Origin: an uncultured Collinsella sp.
GTDB taxonomy: Bacteria; Actinomycetota; Coriobacteriia; Coriobacteriales; Coriobacteriaceae
NCBI GenBank assembly: GCA_934621295.1
Contig: CAKTVB010000007.1
Span: forward strand, 6,494 to 70,493
Reading direction: 5' to 3'
Length of the DNA: 64,000 bases
Notes under the pieces: model-generated
What the model saw: the letters and a program-made list of their open reading frames with translations, nothing else
Database searches by the model: none
Told to the model about the DNA's origin: nothing
In this document: positions 63,628-64,000 of the stretch, in pieces
Numbering within the stretch: position 1 is the first letter of the stretch
Layout of the letters: each line of letters starts with the position of its first letter
Position numbers and translations under genes: made by a program

Positions 63628-64000
63628 CTAGTTGAGCACAAGCTGTTTCATGAAATCGGCCGCCTTGGATACGGAGATATCCTGGCGCACACTTTCGTTT
63701 TCGCCGCTAGCGGCGAAGAATCCCACAAGGCCCTCGGTTGGCATGCCGTAAGAGGAGGAGAGGCGCTCAACCTCGTTGGCGTAATCGGCGTCAGTGGCCT
63801 CGAGGCCTTCTACCTTGGCGATCGCCAAAAGGACGATGCGTTGCCTAAGCTGCTGCTTCGCTTCAACTTCGAACTCAGCGATAAGCTGGTCCTTAGTGGT
63901 CTTCATGGCTTTGAGGTAATCGTCCAGCGAAAGTTGGTCGCTCTCCAGCTTTTGCTGGAGCGTGCGGCCCATGGAAAGGGCCCGTTCGTGCGCAATCTGC
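63628..64000 (-). CDS. tig: Trigger factor, C-terminal part (gene continues beyond the window end)
   Basis: The pattern is that of the C-terminal chaperone arm (LDDYLKAMKTTKDQLIAEFEVEAKQQLRQRIVLLAIAKVEGLEATDADYANEVERL). The frame is open to nt 64000. Confidence 0.85.
   Translation of the reverse strand, partial: QIAHERALSMGRTLQQKLESDQLSLDDYLKAMKTTKDQLIAEFEVEAKQQLRQRIVLLAIAKVEGLEATDADYANEVERLSSSYGMPTEGLVGFFAASGENESVRQDISVSKAADFMKQLVLN

Overview
High-GC (about 60-65% by eye) chromosomal window. Gene content and order fit a Gram-positive anaerobe of the Actinomycetota, most plausibly class Coriobacteriia. This is an inference from secA-prfB and ftsEX...smpB synteny, DegV/YitT/Cof-type genes and an hpdBCA-type glycyl-radical operon. 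I call 53 protein genes with a visible stop codon. Most are housekeeping: secA (3' part), prfB, split transketolase, ftsEX, rnr, smpB, gltBD, serCA, a K+/H+ antiporter, lactate permease, pckA, rnhA, dnaE, ygiQ, an Fe-ADH, mnmA, cysK, an Rrf2 regulator, carD, argS and tig (3' part). I saw no rRNA, tRNA, tmRNA, CRISPR array, transposase or integrase. There are four accessory or unusual patches. (1) 21.1-22.7 kb holds a ~40% GC DUF3800 gene bracketed by imperfect direct repeats, next to a strongly structured non-coding stretch. (2) 32.5-33.3 kb holds three long hairpin elements around a ygbA-like gene. (3) 40.8-44.2 kb holds a macro-HTH fusion, a cytoplasmic vWA protein and a translationally coupled RHH (DinJ-like) plus CPBP protease pair. 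(4) 56.7-63.5 kb holds an arylacetate (4-hydroxyphenylacetate-type) decarboxylase operon, hpdB-hpdC-hpdA, extended by a TPR protein and an MFS transporter. Three window-wide oddities stand out. TAG is the dominant stop codon (35 of 53) and TGA is rare (4 of 53). The RF2 encoded here has SPT in place of the canonical SPF tripeptide and lacks the programmed frameshift. A 32-nt AT-rich palindromic element occurs four times in one orientation, three of them starting 1-3 nt after a TAG stop. All functional calls rest on motif recognition by eye, because no database search was possible.
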